A stretch of 64,000 nucleotides of DNA from contig CP000071.1 in the NCBI GenBank assembly GCA_000002445.1, positions 704,001 through 768,000 on the forward strand. Direction: 5' to 3'. Positions 63,681 to 64,000 of this stretch are shown in pieces. Source of the stretch: Trypanosoma brucei (taxonomy: Eukaryota). The translations under genes were made by a program, and so were the position numbers. Positions within the stretch are counted from its first letter, which is position 1. Each line of letters opens with the position of its first letter. Below the pieces are notes generated by a model. That model saw only the letters and a list, made by a program, of their open reading frames with translations, was not told where the DNA came from and did no database searches.

Positions 63681-64000
63681 ATGATGACGACCGCAACGCG
63701 GCGCGCTAAAATTATTACGCATACACTCGGTTTCCCTCGCTTTGGTGTGCAGCGCGAGCTGAAGGGTGCATTGGAAAGCTACTGGAGTGGCGCGGTTACG
63801 GAGGATAATCTGAGGGAAACGGCGAGAGAAGTGAGATTCCGTCACTGGCGGCAACAGATGGAGCGTGGCGTTGACATGATCCCCGTAGGTGACTTCCACT
63901 GGTATGATCACGTTCTCAGCACAAGTCTCATGCTCGACAATGTGCCACCACGGCATCGAACCAGAAACGGTTCCATCAATATCGATACCCTTTTCCGTGT
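63681..64000 (+). CDS. metE: 5-methyltetrahydropteroyltriglutamate-homocysteine S-methyltransferase (cobalamin-independent methionine synthase, MetE), N-terminal 106 aa; the CDS runs off the 3' end of the window
   Basis: My own translation from ATG 63681: '[93 protein letters not shown]...IDTLFR'. It is colinear with the MetE N-terminus (HTLGFPR.G..REL..A.E.YW...IPVGDF.WYDHVL...IDTLFR). It is absent from the supplied ORF track because no stop codon lies within the window. Confidence 0.85.
   Translation, partial: MMTTATRRAKIITHTLGFPRFGVQRELKGALESYWSGAVTEDNLRETAREVRFRHWRQQMERGVDMIPVGDFHWYDHVLSTSLMLDNVPPRHRTRNGSINIDTLFR

Noticed and set aside
1-64000. Prokaryotic-style novel defence or mobile system (CRISPR, toxin-antitoxin, phage-defence island, IS element)
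   Set aside because: There are no direct-repeat/spacer arrays, no inverted terminal repeats, no transposase/integrase/RT motifs in any frame I read, and no compact overlapping operon structure. The architecture is unmistakably eukaryotic (kinetoplastid) with long UTR spacers.

Overview
This window is eukaryotic nuclear DNA, not a prokaryotic island. It reads as a kinetoplastid core-chromosome segment, most likely from an African trypanosome (Trypanosoma brucei-like). I count about 27 intronless protein-coding genes, all on the + strand with no strand switch, which fits a single polycistronic transcription unit. They are separated by 0.3-3 kb intergenic/UTR stretches full of polypyrimidine tracts, homopolymer runs and (TA)n, (GT)n, (GA)n and (TTTTG)n microsatellites. 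Products I could recognise from the sequence are: a Dicer-like RNase III protein (1648 aa from the first ATG); an ABCG-type half transporter with an unusual roughly 450-aa N-terminal Cys-rich ectodomain; AMPK beta; a standalone trypanothione/glutathionylspermidine-amidase-like CHAP protein; a steroid-5-alpha-reductase family protein; a SET-domain protein; an FtsJ rRNA methyltransferase; AMP-forming acetyl-CoA synthetase; a twin-Cx9C protein; an SCP2-type thiolase; an archaeo-eukaryotic-primase (PRI1-like) protein; Dim1; UTP7/BING4; and the N-terminus of cobalamin-independent methionine synthase, which runs off the 3' end. The gene order matches my recollection of T. brucei chromosome 8 (roughly Tb927.8.2370 to Tb927.8.2610), but I cannot verify that here. 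I see no CRISPR array, rRNA or tRNA gene, transposon or retroposon. The supplied ORF track accepts GTG/TTG as start codons, so I moved several CDS starts to the first in-frame ATG downstream of the polypyrimidine (trans-splice acceptor) tract. I do not think the window holds a novel prokaryotic-style system. The items most worth a second look are the standalone TryS-like amidase, the N-terminal extension of the ABC transporter, the gene-free microsatellite-rich gaps, and several large proteins with no recognisable domains.
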